Source of the DNA: Candidatus Woesearchaeota archaeon
GTDB lineage: Archaea; Nanobdellota; Nanobdellia; Woesearchaeales; GW2011-AR9
Length of the DNA stretch: 64,000 nucleotides
Direction of reading: 5' to 3'
NCBI GenBank assembly: GCA_018302605.1
Contig: JAGVZN010000021.1
Location: forward strand, 14,157-78,156
A program made the position numbers and the translations under genes. The notes under the pieces are model-generated. The model was not told the DNA's origin. It saw nothing but the letters and a program-made list of their open reading frames with translations, and did not search any database. Of the stretch, positions 28,856 to 37,659 are shown piece by piece (positions within the stretch are counted from its first letter, which is position 1; the number at the start of each line of letters is the position of its first letter).

Positions 28856-28968
28856 GCCAGCGTCGCATAATCCGGTATTGCGCAGGTCTTGAATCCGCAT
28901 TCTGATTTCAGAACGCAGCACATCAACCTGTCCCTCTGGGATTCCCGGTTCGAATCCGGGCGCTGGCG
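28856..28968 (+). tRNA. tRNA-Ser(TGA), class II, with 31-nt canonical intron
   Basis: GCCAGCG ... CGCTGGC + G73; 3-bp D-stem; anticodon stem CAGGT / ACCTG with loop CTTGAA[intron]A; 13-nt variable arm TCCCTCTGGGATT; T-arm CCCGG-TTCGAAT-CCGGG. Confidence 0.7.
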
Positions 28969-29004
28969 CTTTCTATTTTGCTTTTTAGCGCAAAAATGAA
29001 TGCA

Positions 29005-29385
29005 CTACTTTTTTCTCATCCGCTCACGAACCTGCTGATGTAATCCACGCGTCTTGGAAAGCGCCCTCCCCGCCTGTGTTTTAAATGCCTGATGATAAAA
29101 TTTATAGGAGAAATATTTTTTCACCGCTTCGGAATACTCATGCCCCACCCACCACACGCCGACGATGAGGGGAATCCAGCTGAGGAGATAGATAATCACC
29201 GATGTCCAGCGGAGATGAGAATCGTGATAATAGAAAATAAATGTGGCTTTTGTGATCGTACCCAGAATCAGGCTGATGACAATAAAAAAGATGCCCACAT
29301 AAAACTTGAATGAAAAATGAAATCCGGACATATGCCTATTAATTCTTCCAGTATAATAAATCTTTCTGCGGCAAGGCACAAGCAA
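29005..29385 (-). CDS. membrane protein
   Basis: 126 aa, 3 TM helices; start possibly at the internal MSGFHF. Confidence 0.4.
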   Translation of the reverse strand: MLVPCRRKIYYTGRINRHMSGFHFSFKFYVGIFFIVISLILGTITKATFIFYYHDSHLRWTSVIIYLLSWIPLIVGVWWVGHEYSEAVKKYFSYKFYHQAFKTQAGRALSKTRGLHQQVRERMRKK

Positions 29386-29417
29386 TCTTTAAATACCTTG
29401 CAAATATCTCTTCCGTC

Positions 29418-31583
29418 ATGGTGGAATTTGGCACTGGCTATTATATGCCGATGGACCGCAGCTATGAAGAGCACGGACATAGTCATCATCATGGCCCGGT
29501 TGCCGCTGCTCAGAAAGCAACGGGCGATGTCGGCTTGAGCATGGGTGATTTCGGCTTCAGTTTTGGCCTGGGACCGGTTCCCAATGTCCAGGCGATTGCG
29601 GCTAAAGTCCGGCCTGGTTCAAAGACAGTTGAACTGGTGTTTACCGGCGCAGGAAAAGGATCCGGGCAATCACAGACGCCAGAATATTACGGCAAGAAAC
29701 AGCGGCAGGCGCTGCGTGAGATCACCAAAGCAAATCGGGTAGATTTCACAACACACAGTACAGTAGGCATCGCCGGCCTTGCGGGGATGGATCAGGGAGG
29801 GAACTTCTCCAAAGCATCCAAGAATTTTTCTTTGCAGGAAGTGAAGCGCGCAATTGAGTTCGCTGCAGACGTAGGAAGAGGTGGTCCGATCGTTGTTCAC
29901 ACTGGTGAATTTACCCGTCCCATCGTCGACGCAGAGTGGAATCAGCAGGAAGGCGATCCCTATCAACAGCAGTTCCAAATGTTTGAAGGTGAGGGAGAAC
30001 GTTCGGCGTTCCGTGTCGTTGACAAACGGACTGGTAGTCTGCTGGTTGAGGCCCGGAAAAATTTAAACGTTGCCCGTCCAGTCTGGCTGCAGTACGATGA
30101 GCGTTCAGAGGTGTGGCGGCAGCGGAAAGGCGAAGAGTACCGTGACAAGAAAGGAAACCCGGTCAAAAAAGGGGCATATATCGATTACGAAGGAAACTCC
30201 GTTGACATGGCCAATCGCGTACCGCTCTTTGATGTCGAGAAAGGAGAATTTGTTACGGAGTTATACGACTGGGACAAGATGAAAGAGGAAGCAAAACTAA
30301 TGACTCAAAGGGCCAAAGAGGAATTTGGACGTTGGAGCTCTTTATCAGAATCCGAAAAACAGAAATCACTTTGGCGGGAGAAGATTAAAGTAGCGTTAGC
30401 CGGTACAATAGGTGGAGGAAGTATCGAGGTCAAGCCGGAAGAGGCGTACGTCATCGCTACACTGGAGACGAACGCGGCGCATGCACGAGGATGGGCCTTG
30501 CAGTATGCAGAAGGCTTTCAGGAAGAAGTAAAAACATTAAATAAATTGTCTGAGGCATTAAAATTCTATAAAGAGATTGAGGAACAGGCCGCACGGGTCT
30601 CACCGGAAGAGAAACAGAAGTTGCTCCGCAACGTCGCTACGCGCTATGGTTTGGGAGAATTAATCCCTCCCGAAGAGATGTATCCTTCAGAGATGGTGGA
30701 GAAGCAGATGAAAGCGCTGAAACTTCAGATCGAGAAATCCCAGCAGGCATCTTCGTCGCAGCTTGCTCAGGCAGAAGAAGCCATCGAACGGATCAGGCAT
30801 GTACAGAGTGCAGAAACGTATGCCCTGCTTGAAGCTTGCGATGCCTATGCCGATCTGGGGATTGCCGCGATGCGCCAATCGGACCGCCTGAAGAAAGAAG
30901 GCAGACTGAATAAACCACTGGCCGTAGCGATGGAAAATCTCTTTCCAGAACAGTACGGCTCACATCCTGATGAATTAAAACTACTCGTCTTGCAGAGTCG
31001 GGAAGCGATGGTCAAGAAGCTTGTGGACAATTATAAGATTTCCAACGAAGAAGCGCAGAAGCAGGCGGAACAGCACATCACTGCCACTCTGGACACCGGC
31101 CATCTGAACATCTGGCGAAAATATTGGAAAGGAGATTCAAACAAGTCAATCAAAGAAAATGATGATAATTTTGATGCGTGGATATTATCAAAAGTGCAGG
31201 ATTTGGCTAAAGCTAAAGTCATCGGCCACGTGCATATTGATGATAATTATGGCTACCACGATGACCATCTCGCCCCAGGAGAGGGAAATACTCCCATCAG
31301 AGAGATGGTCAAAGTCCTCAGAGAGAGCGGCTACCGAGGAGAATTAATTGTTGAACCCGGTGCCGATTTTGCCAATGATGTTTCTGGATTCCATTCGGTA
31401 ATGAAAACCTGGCGGCATTTTGACCTGCCCGTCTATGGGGGGGGCAGCGGCGTCTCTGGGAGAAGGACGTGGAATGATGTCGGCTATGGATCTTTTGGAC
31501 AGAACCAGCCGCCGTATTTTGTCTTTGGCGCGTACTCACCATCTGAAGACTGGACGTTGTGGAGCGGCGTGCCGTTGGAATAG
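29418..31583 (+). CDS. xylose-isomerase-like TIM-barrel protein with large internal helical insertion
   Basis: 721 aa; His-rich N-terminus (HGHSHHHG); TLDTGHLNIW and GHVHIDDN ... HLAPGEG ... ELIVEP motifs of the sugar-phosphate isomerase / endonuclease IV TIM-barrel family, split by an E/K-rich region of about 400 aa. Confidence 0.5.
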   Translation: MVEFGTGYYMPMDRSYEEHGHSHHHGPVAAAQKATGDVGLSMGDFGFSFGLGPVPNVQAIAAKVRPGSKTVELVFTGAGKGSGQSQTPEYYGKKQRQALREITKANRVDFTTHSTVGIAGLAGMDQGGNFSKASKNFSLQEVKRAIEFAADVGRGGPIVVHTGEFTRPIVDAEWNQQEGDPYQQQFQMFEGEGERSAFRVVDKRTGSLLVEARKNLNVARPVWLQYDERSEVWRQRKGEEYRDKKGNPVKKGAYIDYEGNSVDMANRVPLFDVEKGEFVTELYDWDKMKEEAKLMTQRAKEEFGRWSSLSESEKQKSLWREKIKVALAGTIGGGSIEVKPEEAYVIATLETNAAHARGWALQYAEGFQEEVKTLNKLSEALKFYKEIEEQAARVSPEEKQKLLRNVATRYGLGELIPPEEMYPSEMVEKQMKALKLQIEKSQQASSSQLAQAEEAIERIRHVQSAETYALLEACDAYADLGIAAMRQSDRLKKEGRLNKPLAVAMENLFPEQYGSHPDELKLLVLQSREAMVKKLVDNYKISNEEAQKQAEQHITATLDTGHLNIWRKYWKGDSNKSIKENDDNFDAWILSKVQDLAKAKVIGHVHIDDNYGYHDDHLAPGEGNTPIREMVKVLRESGYRGELIVEPGADFANDVSGFHSVMKTWRHFDLPVYGGGSGVSGRRTWNDVGYGSFGQNQPPYFVFGAYSPSEDWTLWSGVPLE

Positions 31584-31976
31584 ATTTATAAATAACCGCC
31601 TCACTGGTCGATGATGGATCTCGATTCTTTAGTTTCGGCGTTCAAGATGGGACGAAGACATTTCACTCATGGCGCTATTATTGATGATTATGATTCTTGT
31701 ATAGAAGAAGTACTACAGTTGCCTGATACATTTCCCGTGAGCATCGCTTATTTTGCCGGCGCCGCTACGCACCAACCGCTAGATATCGCCTTTGGTTTGT
31801 ATGCTTTGGGAAAAGATGCTCTCCAAAAATACTCTCGTTGAATGGTATTGGAAGAGAAAGCGTTAATAGGGTTATAGTTAATTCTCACTGCACACAAATT
31901 TTATATAATTTCTTTCTTTTATTAATTATCATCCCCAGAGGTTTTACGGACGATCAAACGCAAGACCAAACACGAT

Positions 31977-32252
31977 GTGTATGTTGACACGTTGTGTAAC
32001 CAATTGTACCAGCAGTACGATTTTCTTCTGCGTCACGTACCGCTGTACTCTTCCCGGAGAAGGCTTATTGGTGAGATTGATATTCTGGCTATTGCCGGCG
32101 GACATTGTGATATCTACGAAGTGAAATGTAGCTACCGCCTGTCCAAAGCGCGGAGGCAATTAAAAAAGATCAAGAAAATTCTCTCCCGTGATTCTTTGGT
32201 GAGAGACAGTTTCTTTTATTGCGGCGGGGCACGAAAATTAGTCAAAATTTAA
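31977..32252 (+). CDS. small PD-(D/E)xK nuclease-like protein
   Basis: GEIDILAI ... DIYEVK fits the D ... E-x-K motif; opens on GTG; only 91 aa. Confidence 0.35.
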   Translation: MYVDTLCNQLYQQYDFLLRHVPLYSSRRRLIGEIDILAIAGGHCDIYEVKCSYRLSKARRQLKKIKKILSRDSLVRDSFFYCGGARKLVKI

Positions 32253-32267
32253 AGAAAATCCTGAAGA

Positions 32268-32295
32268 GCGACTATCCCCAACCCTAAAGGGTGGG
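32268..32295. terminator. palindromic hairpin atccccaaccctaaagggtggggat
   Basis: Perfect GC-clamped inverted repeat 16 nt after the stop of 31977-32252. Confidence 0.35.
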
Positions 32296-32436
32296 GATTT
32301 ACGCAAGAAAACTGAAAGCTATCAGTTTTCTGCGCAGAAATGAGATATTCTTCGCATTTCTTGCGCCGCTCTTCCGAGACGGATTTTCTAAACAAGAAAA
32401 GAAACAGCGATTTCTTTTCAATCGCAGCATTCATCC

Positions 32437-32462
32437 CCTACTATAAATAGTGGGGATTTCTG
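32437..32462. terminator. palindromic hairpin atcccctactataaatagtggggat
   Basis: Near-perfect 26-bp palindrome 3' of the minus-strand frameshifted gene; same atcccc / ggggat clamp as the 32268 hairpin. Confidence 0.35.
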
Positions 32463-32474
32463 CTCATTTCATTT

Positions 32475-32826
32475 AATGGGATTTGAAGAACGACAGGGGA
32501 ATCCAGAATCCAAATTCTACGTATTCTTGGTTTAAAAGGGTCATTAGCTTTCCCCATCGGTCAAAAGCAGGCAGGTATTTAATATGTTCAGCACCGACTG
32601 CTTGAACAACACGTTCGTGGAGGTTAGAATCAAGTGAGCCTACTGCTTCGTAAACTATATGCTGTGGATCTTTCCCAGAACTCGCTTAAATCGACAGTTA
32701 TCGACTAATCCGTAGGTGTTCCTAAAATAATCAATGACTGGATGTTCTCCGTGGAAGGGAGAAAATTGACCACCTTTGTCCAAGCGTTCAGTTAAATCTA
32801 TTCCATTAACTTCCCTTGAAACCATC
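32475..32826 (-). pseudogene. frameshifted small gene (HEPN-like R-x5-H motif?)
   Basis: ORF MVSREVNG ... RFKRVLGKIHSI stops at TAG about 32659; the downstream reading frame continues VYEAVGSLDSN ... GFWIPLSFFKSH to 32475; a single-nucleotide frameshift near 32660-32690 would fuse them into about 115 aa. Confidence 0.3.
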
Positions 32827-33204
32827 TTATACTAAGACTCCATTAACCGCTGCTTCCTGGCCGGGGCGTGATGTCACGCGTGCTCTTCCTTTATCGGTTT
32901 CAACAATTGAGCCTTTCGTGATGATATTACGCCGGACAAGATGATGGTTGGCTGGATTCTCCACCACATTAAGAATTTTTGCGGCGATTGCTTTTCCTTT
33001 TTTGTCGGTCAGATTGATTTGTGCTGTTTCCAGCAAGGATAGTTTTCGGCTGCCGCCAATCGTCCTCTTAGAACGCACTTTACGTACCTCGGCTAGTTTC
33101 GTGTTTGCAGGATAACCTGCTAACTCGTACTTGCGTTTCGTACGTTGATAGTGGTAGCGGCCGCCGCTGGATTTGCGTTGTGATCGTTGTTGTGATCGTG
33201 CCAT
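32827..33204 (-). CDS. rps8e: 30S ribosomal protein S8e
   Basis: MARSQQRSQRKSSGGRYHYQRTKRKYELAG basic N-terminus and overall eS8 pattern. Confidence 0.8.
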   Translation of the reverse strand: MARSQQRSQRKSSGGRYHYQRTKRKYELAGYPANTKLAEVRKVRSKRTIGGSRKLSLLETAQINLTDKKGKAIAAKILNVVENPANHHLVRRNIITKGSIVETDKGRARVTSRPGQEAAVNGVLV

Positions 33205-33212
33205 TGTGGAAC

Positions 33213-35174
33213 TTAAATTGAGGACCTCTTTTTAAACGTTTTGGTTTTAAAGATGGTATCGCGAACATCCTCGTGCCCGGACCAATCCAAAGCGTACATG
33301 AGCACTTCTTCCAGCTTGGTGACGGGGATGATCTTAATCTGGCGCAGCCTCTCCTCACTGAGGACAATATCTTGAAGATTTGATTTTGGAACGATGACGA
33401 TCTTGATGCCCGTATCGATGGCTGCTTCGACTTTAGACGACACGCCGCCGACGGGGAGCACTTCTCCGCGTACGGAAAGCGATCCGGTCATGGCAATGTC
33501 TTGCCGGACAGGGATTTCCTTAAACGCTGAAATGATGGCCGTGGCAACGGCGATGGAAGCAGAATCTCCTTCTACGCCCTCATATGTCTGGAGAAATTGG
33601 ACAAAGACATCATATTTCTCTTTGAGGTCTTCTCCAAAATATTTGAGGACAATCGCTGATACGTTTTTAATCGCCTCTTTGGCAATTTCTCCCAATTTTC
33701 CGGTGGCGATAAACTCTGATTTCTTGCCGCCGATGGTGACTTCTGCTTCGATCGGCAGGAGGATGCCCGAATAGGAAGAGCCGCCGCCGATAACCGCCAG
33801 GCCATTTACTCTTCCTACTTGTTTGCCGGAGGTCATGATCACTTCGTATTCTTTCTTTCGTTCAATGTATTTGTCGGCAATTTGCTGTTCCAGTGGGCGG
33901 GCGAGTTTTAAAGCTTCTTTAACGTGATCCCCCGTGACAAATGGTGCCTGCTTTTCTTTCGCCAGATCTCCTGCCGCGCGGACAAGACCGCCCAATCCGC
34001 GAAGATGGAGGGTGAGACGATTTTTTCGGTCAGCCCGTCTTCGCGCTTCTTCAATAATCGTTCCGATGCCGGAAAGATCAAAATGAGGAATTTTTCCTTC
34101 CTCGCGCTTTACTTCTTGAGCTATAAAGCGGGCGATTTTCAGGCGGTTTTCTTTCGTGTCCGGCATCGTTTCATTCATATATACTTCATAGCCGTACCCC
34201 CTTATCCGCGAGCGCAGAGCGGGATGCATGTTCTTGATCGTTTCCAGATTGCCCGCGGCGACGAGGACAAAATCGCAGGGCACAGGCTCAGTACGCACCA
34301 TTGCTCCTGCTGAACGTTCTGATTGGCCGGTAATCGGAAACTTTCGTTCCTGAAGAGCTGAAAGAAGTTCCTGCTGCGTGCGTGGGTGGAGCGTGGCAAT
34401 CTCATCGACGAAAAGCACACCGAGATGTGCTTTATGGATCAGTCCGGCGACGACGCGCTGATTTGCCGGTGTCCCCAGTCCGCCGGATTGAAATGGATCG
34501 TGAAGTACATCACCCAGCAGTGCGCCGGCATGCCCGCCAGTAGCATCAAAGAAAGGCGCTTGTTTTTTTCCAAAATTATCGACGATGACTTTTGGGGCAA
34601 TCACTTGCTGGAGCTTGAATGTTCTTGGCCCCATGTTGATCGTGATCGCGAATGCTGCCAGAAAGAGCATGCCCCCCAGAAAGAGAGCAGTGAACATGAG
34701 ATCCGACTGGTAATAATGGCGTGCCCACCAAGGAGCGATGAGCGTAAAGATGGCAACAAGGAAGAGCAGGAATTGGCCATTACGGGTCACCTGCTTGTTG
34801 TCCAGCAGACTACTTTGTGCTTCTTCTCTTCCTTTTCCCGCCGGAACAACTTTGATCAACGGATTATTCTCATCGTTGGGATTAGGCAGGGCGAGGGTAT
34901 CTTTGAGATCTGATTTGGGCAAAAGCCCAGCCAACGCCAGGCCCAGCATGGATTTTCCAGTTCCCGGATCTCCAATCAGGAGGACATGCCGGCGCTGGAG
35001 GGCCGCTTTCTTGATGATGTGCACAGCTTCCTCTTGACCGATGACTTGGTCGACAATCTGTTTTGGAACAGCGATGTTCTGGGTGGTTTTCATGGGCTGT
35101 TGAGGCATATTTTTAAGAATCTTTGTTACGGGTGAAAAGACCGGGCTTACTTTAAAAATGTTTGGATGAGACAT
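33213..35174 (-). CDS. lonB: archaeal membrane-bound Lon protease (LonB)
   Basis: Walker A GDPGTGKS; two TM helices inserted in the AAA+ module; C-terminal Lon protease domain with [17 protein letters not shown]; start taken at MSHPN (35174); the tracked ORF runs to 35246. Confidence 0.9.
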   Translation of the reverse strand: MSHPNIFKVSPVFSPVTKILKNMPQQPMKTTQNIAVPKQIVDQVIGQEEAVHIIKKAALQRRHVLLIGDPGTGKSMLGLALAGLLPKSDLKDTLALPNPNDENNPLIKVVPAGKGREEAQSSLLDNKQVTRNGQFLLFLVAIFTLIAPWWARHYYQSDLMFTALFLGGMLFLAAFAITINMGPRTFKLQQVIAPKVIVDNFGKKQAPFFDATGGHAGALLGDVLHDPFQSGGLGTPANQRVVAGLIHKAHLGVLFVDEIATLHPRTQQELLSALQERKFPITGQSERSAGAMVRTEPVPCDFVLVAAGNLETIKNMHPALRSRIRGYGYEVYMNETMPDTKENRLKIARFIAQEVKREEGKIPHFDLSGIGTIIEEARRRADRKNRLTLHLRGLGGLVRAAGDLAKEKQAPFVTGDHVKEALKLARPLEQQIADKYIERKKEYEVIMTSGKQVGRVNGLAVIGGGSSYSGILLPIEAEVTIGGKKSEFIATGKLGEIAKEAIKNVSAIVLKYFGEDLKEKYDVFVQFLQTYEGVEGDSASIAVATAIISAFKEIPVRQDIAMTGSLSVRGEVLPVGGVSSKVEAAIDTGIKIVIVPKSNLQDIVLSEERLRQIKIIPVTKLEEVLMYALDWSGHEDVRDTIFKTKTFKKRSSI

Positions 35175-35184
35175 TTGCATTCTA

Positions 35185-35481
35185 TTATTCTTGATAGAGC
35201 TTAGTGGAGCGATATACTGGCTTGCTCTCAGAATGCTCCAGCTCATAATTAGACACTATCCACAATCGGGAAACTTCTCCCTGAGCAACGTACTGATTTA
35301 GCCATTCCTCAACTCGTTCTTTCATCCGGTGATCATGGAGGTTAATGGTGCAGCCATGTCTTTGATTTGCTTGTTCTACAATCTTTAGGATTGTAAAATG
35401 GGGGTTCCGTAAGACTCTGGTCTCAGATGTCAAATCGTCCAAAGTCTTCTTCATTATTCGGCTAAGATTTGGATTTCCCAT
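35185..35481 (-). CDS. hypothetical protein
   Basis: 98-aa ORF immediately upstream of the Lon gene. Confidence 0.35.
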   Translation of the reverse strand: MGNPNLSRIMKKTLDDLTSETRVLRNPHFTILKIVEQANQRHGCTINLHDHRMKERVEEWLNQYVAQGEVSRLWIVSNYELEHSESKPVYRSTKLYQE

Positions 35482-35528
35482 AAAACTCTTTTTTGGGTTA
35501 TAATTTATAAATATTTTGCGTGTTTTTC

Positions 35529-36260
35529 TTACTTTTTCTCTTTCTTACCCGGCAGCCCGATAAAAATCTCAGCAAATGGCTTTTCCTGTTCCATCTCAAT
35601 CTTCTGCTGGTTTTCCAGATGAAGAAGCGGGAGGAACGTATAGACCTTTTCGTGCCGTCCGGCGCGTGGCGGAAGAAGTTTAGAAAAAGTGATTTTTTCT
35701 TTTTCGTTTTTTTGAGAATAATAAACTACTTTATGATAAATGTCGTGGATAATTTCTAAGATATCTACTTTATTTTCGGGAAGATTGAATTGAACGGGAC
35801 GGATCCGTTCAAGCATTTTCTTCTTTGTTGCCATCGCCTGCTGCAAGGCATTGACCAAATCTTGGATGGACACTTTACGATTCCGCGGTTGGGGATTGCG
35901 GGGGATAAGGGCAAACTGTTGTTTTTCTTTCTTTCCACGTCCGCTGTCTTCGCTAAAATCCGGTTCTTCTTCTGGGAGCGGCTCATCTGGATTAAGCAGA
36001 GCATCCAGCCGGGAGATGTCTTTGTCGAGGAGATGGCTGGTTTTTATCTTCAGCAGAATTGCCGCCGCAAGCAGAACCTTCCCGGAAATTTTAAGGTCAT
36101 GCTCTTGCATCGCCTTGATCGCCGCCAGATATTTTTTGGTCAGCAGGGAAATATCCACATCCCAAGGATCCATCTGCTCGGTTTTGACTAATTCAAAAAT
36201 GATCGTCTTCCAGCTGACTTCTTCCTCTTTCAGGAGAAGGTCGAGGATTTCCTGTTGCAT
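35529..36260 (-). CDS. scpA: segregation and condensation protein A (kleisin ScpA)
   Basis: 243 aa; N-terminal ELVKTEQMDPWDVDISLLTKKYL and C-terminal winged helix typical of ScpA. Confidence 0.8.
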   Translation of the reverse strand: MQQEILDLLLKEEEVSWKTIIFELVKTEQMDPWDVDISLLTKKYLAAIKAMQEHDLKISGKVLLAAAILLKIKTSHLLDKDISRLDALLNPDEPLPEEEPDFSEDSGRGKKEKQQFALIPRNPQPRNRKVSIQDLVNALQQAMATKKKMLERIRPVQFNLPENKVDILEIIHDIYHKVVYYSQKNEKEKITFSKLLPPRAGRHEKVYTFLPLLHLENQQKIEMEQEKPFAEIFIGLPGKKEKK

Positions 36261-36318
36261 TGCAGAGGAATATTCTTTCTCACTTTAAAAAAGTAGTGGT
36301 TTGGTTGGTTTCTGGGAT

Positions 36319-36651
36319 TCAGAGTATAATCTCTCTGTTGAGAAATGCCTGTACTAACGAATCAACTGAATCTAATGGGTGGACAGGGATATTTCTTTCA
36401 TCTGCAAATTTCTTTCGAGGGTCATATTCAATTGATTCATACGCTTCTCCCTCTGGAACGCGGGAGGTTCCGTCACTCACGATCAACTGGGGATAGACAT
36501 TTAATTTGCACCAGAATCTGATATCATCTTCTTTGGTGTATAATTTTACTTCCGCGTGAGGGGCTGCTTCCCGCAACTGTCGTTGAGCCGGCACGCCATC
36601 TAAGTAGGAAGCGGTAATAATCCAGATCAAAGGTTTTGGCTGATAGGTCAT
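36319..36651 (-). CDS. hypothetical protein
   Basis: Start taken at MTYQPKPL; the tracked ORF to 36768 runs into the duplicated tRNA segment. Confidence 0.4.
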   Translation of the reverse strand: MTYQPKPLIWIITASYLDGVPAQRQLREAAPHAEVKLYTKEDDIRFWCKLNVYPQLIVSDGTSRVPEGEAYESIEYDPRKKFADERNIPVHPLDSVDSLVQAFLNREIIL

Positions 36652-36770
36652 AGTTGGTCTGTCATTCGGGACCCGTTTCTCGTTCTCAGCAACTTGGAAT
36701 TTCTGAAATTGAATGGGCCCACCCGGATCTTGAATCACTTGCTCGAACCGGATATCCTCATTTCGCACTG
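36650..36770. repeat. tandem duplicate of the tRNA-Val 3' region plus about 75 nt of 3' flank
   Basis: Minus-strand ccggttcgag[caagtgattcaaga]tccgggtgggccca-ttcaatttcagaaattcc ... cgggtcccgaatga repeats 36771-36850 directly downstream of the intact tRNA; this copy has a 14-nt insertion in the T-loop. Confidence 0.7.
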
Positions 36771-36823
36771 CTCATTCGGGACCCGTTTCTCGTCCCTAGC
36801 TACTCGGAATTTCTGACAATGAA

Positions 36824-36978
36824 TGGGCCCACCCGGACTCGAACCGGGGATCAACTCGGTTTTTAATACGATTCTGTTGATGTTCAACAAAGCCGTGCAT
36901 GTAAACGAGTTGTCATATGCAGCGCAAGCTGCGACCAAAAAAGATCGCTTTTTTGCGTAGCCGCTAGACCATGGGCCC
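36824..36978 (-). tRNA. tRNA-Val(TAC) with two introns (D-arm about 42 nt; canonical about 40 nt)
   Basis: GGGCCCA-TG-GTCT-AGCGGCTA[intron]TGAC-A-ACTCG-TTTACA[intron]C-CGAGT-TGATC-CCCGG-TTCGAGT-CCGGG-TGGGCCC-A; TATA tttataaaag about 26 nt upstream. Confidence 0.65.
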
Positions 36979-37000
36979 GATAACCCTGAAATGAGAGCAT

Positions 37001-37010
37001 CTTTTATAAA
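37001..37010 (-). promoter_or_regulatory. TATA box upstream of tRNA-Val
   Basis: tttataaaag on the minus strand. Confidence 0.4.
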
Positions 37011-37015
37011 TCTTA

Positions 37016-37384
37016 TTATGTCTCTTTCCCGATCAACGCTTCCAATTCGGAACGGGCCAGAACCGGCCGAAAAGCACCTCTAAATTCTAAGAGCAATGGT
37101 CGAGTTTCGGGGATGTTAGGATTAAACAATTCGATATTTAATTTGGGATGATACACACTTTTTTGAGTTAGAAGAGCATAAAAGTTCTCCCCCGTTTTAT
37201 CTTGTTCAAGCCTTTCTTTTGTTTCTCTGTCTACGGCAAACCAGATTCCTTCGCCATTGCCGGAATGATATTTTTGCCAGGTGCGGGGAAGATTGCCTTT
37301 GATGAGAAAATATGTTGGTCCGTTATCAATGGCTTCTTCATAGATTTGAGTCCATTCATCAATAGAGTATGAGCGATTTTCCAT
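37016..37384 (-). CDS. hypothetical protein
   Basis: 122-aa ORF. Confidence 0.45.
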   Translation of the reverse strand: MENRSYSIDEWTQIYEEAIDNGPTYFLIKGNLPRTWQKYHSGNGEGIWFAVDRETKERLEQDKTGENFYALLTQKSVYHPKLNIELFNPNIPETRPLLLEFRGAFRPVLARSELEALIGKET

Positions 37385-37420
37385 TATACCTGAAGTTTTC
37401 GTCTCTACTTTAAAAATGTT

Positions 37421-37596
37421 ATTGGTGCTTCTGGCTCTGTAGAAAATCTCAAAAAAGTCAGCCTGGCCGTTGCCTTCGTGCTTCTCTAGATGCTTAGACT
37501 GTAGTTAAGAAGCACCAATAACTTCAGTTTATTGTAGTTCTCAGGCAACCTCTTGGCCAGGCGGCTGACTTTTTCTACAGAGCTGGTGCTTCTCCA
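37421..37596. mobile_element. MITE-like element, repeat family 3, copy 3
   Basis: ctggctctgtagaaaa ... agtcagcctggcc paired with ggccaggcggctgactttttctacagagc; outer arms ttggtgcttc / gaagcaccaa. Confidence 0.55.
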
Positions 37597-37659
37597 GAGT
37601 TGCGCCAACGCAAGCTATATAAAATAATCCCCCTTACTTCTCTCAAAAGAGGTTGTCTG

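Noticed and set aside
32249-32434. 61-aa ORF between the two palindromes
   Set aside because: Lies entirely in a hairpin-rich spacer between convergent genes; no start context.
32268-32462. Possible minimal CRISPR array (two similar palindromic repeats)
   Set aside because: Only two units, 169 bp apart, with different loop sequences and no cas genes; interpreted as terminator hairpins.
36735-36938. 67-aa ORF
   Set aside because: It is the reverse-strand translation of tRNA-Val and its duplicated 3' segment.
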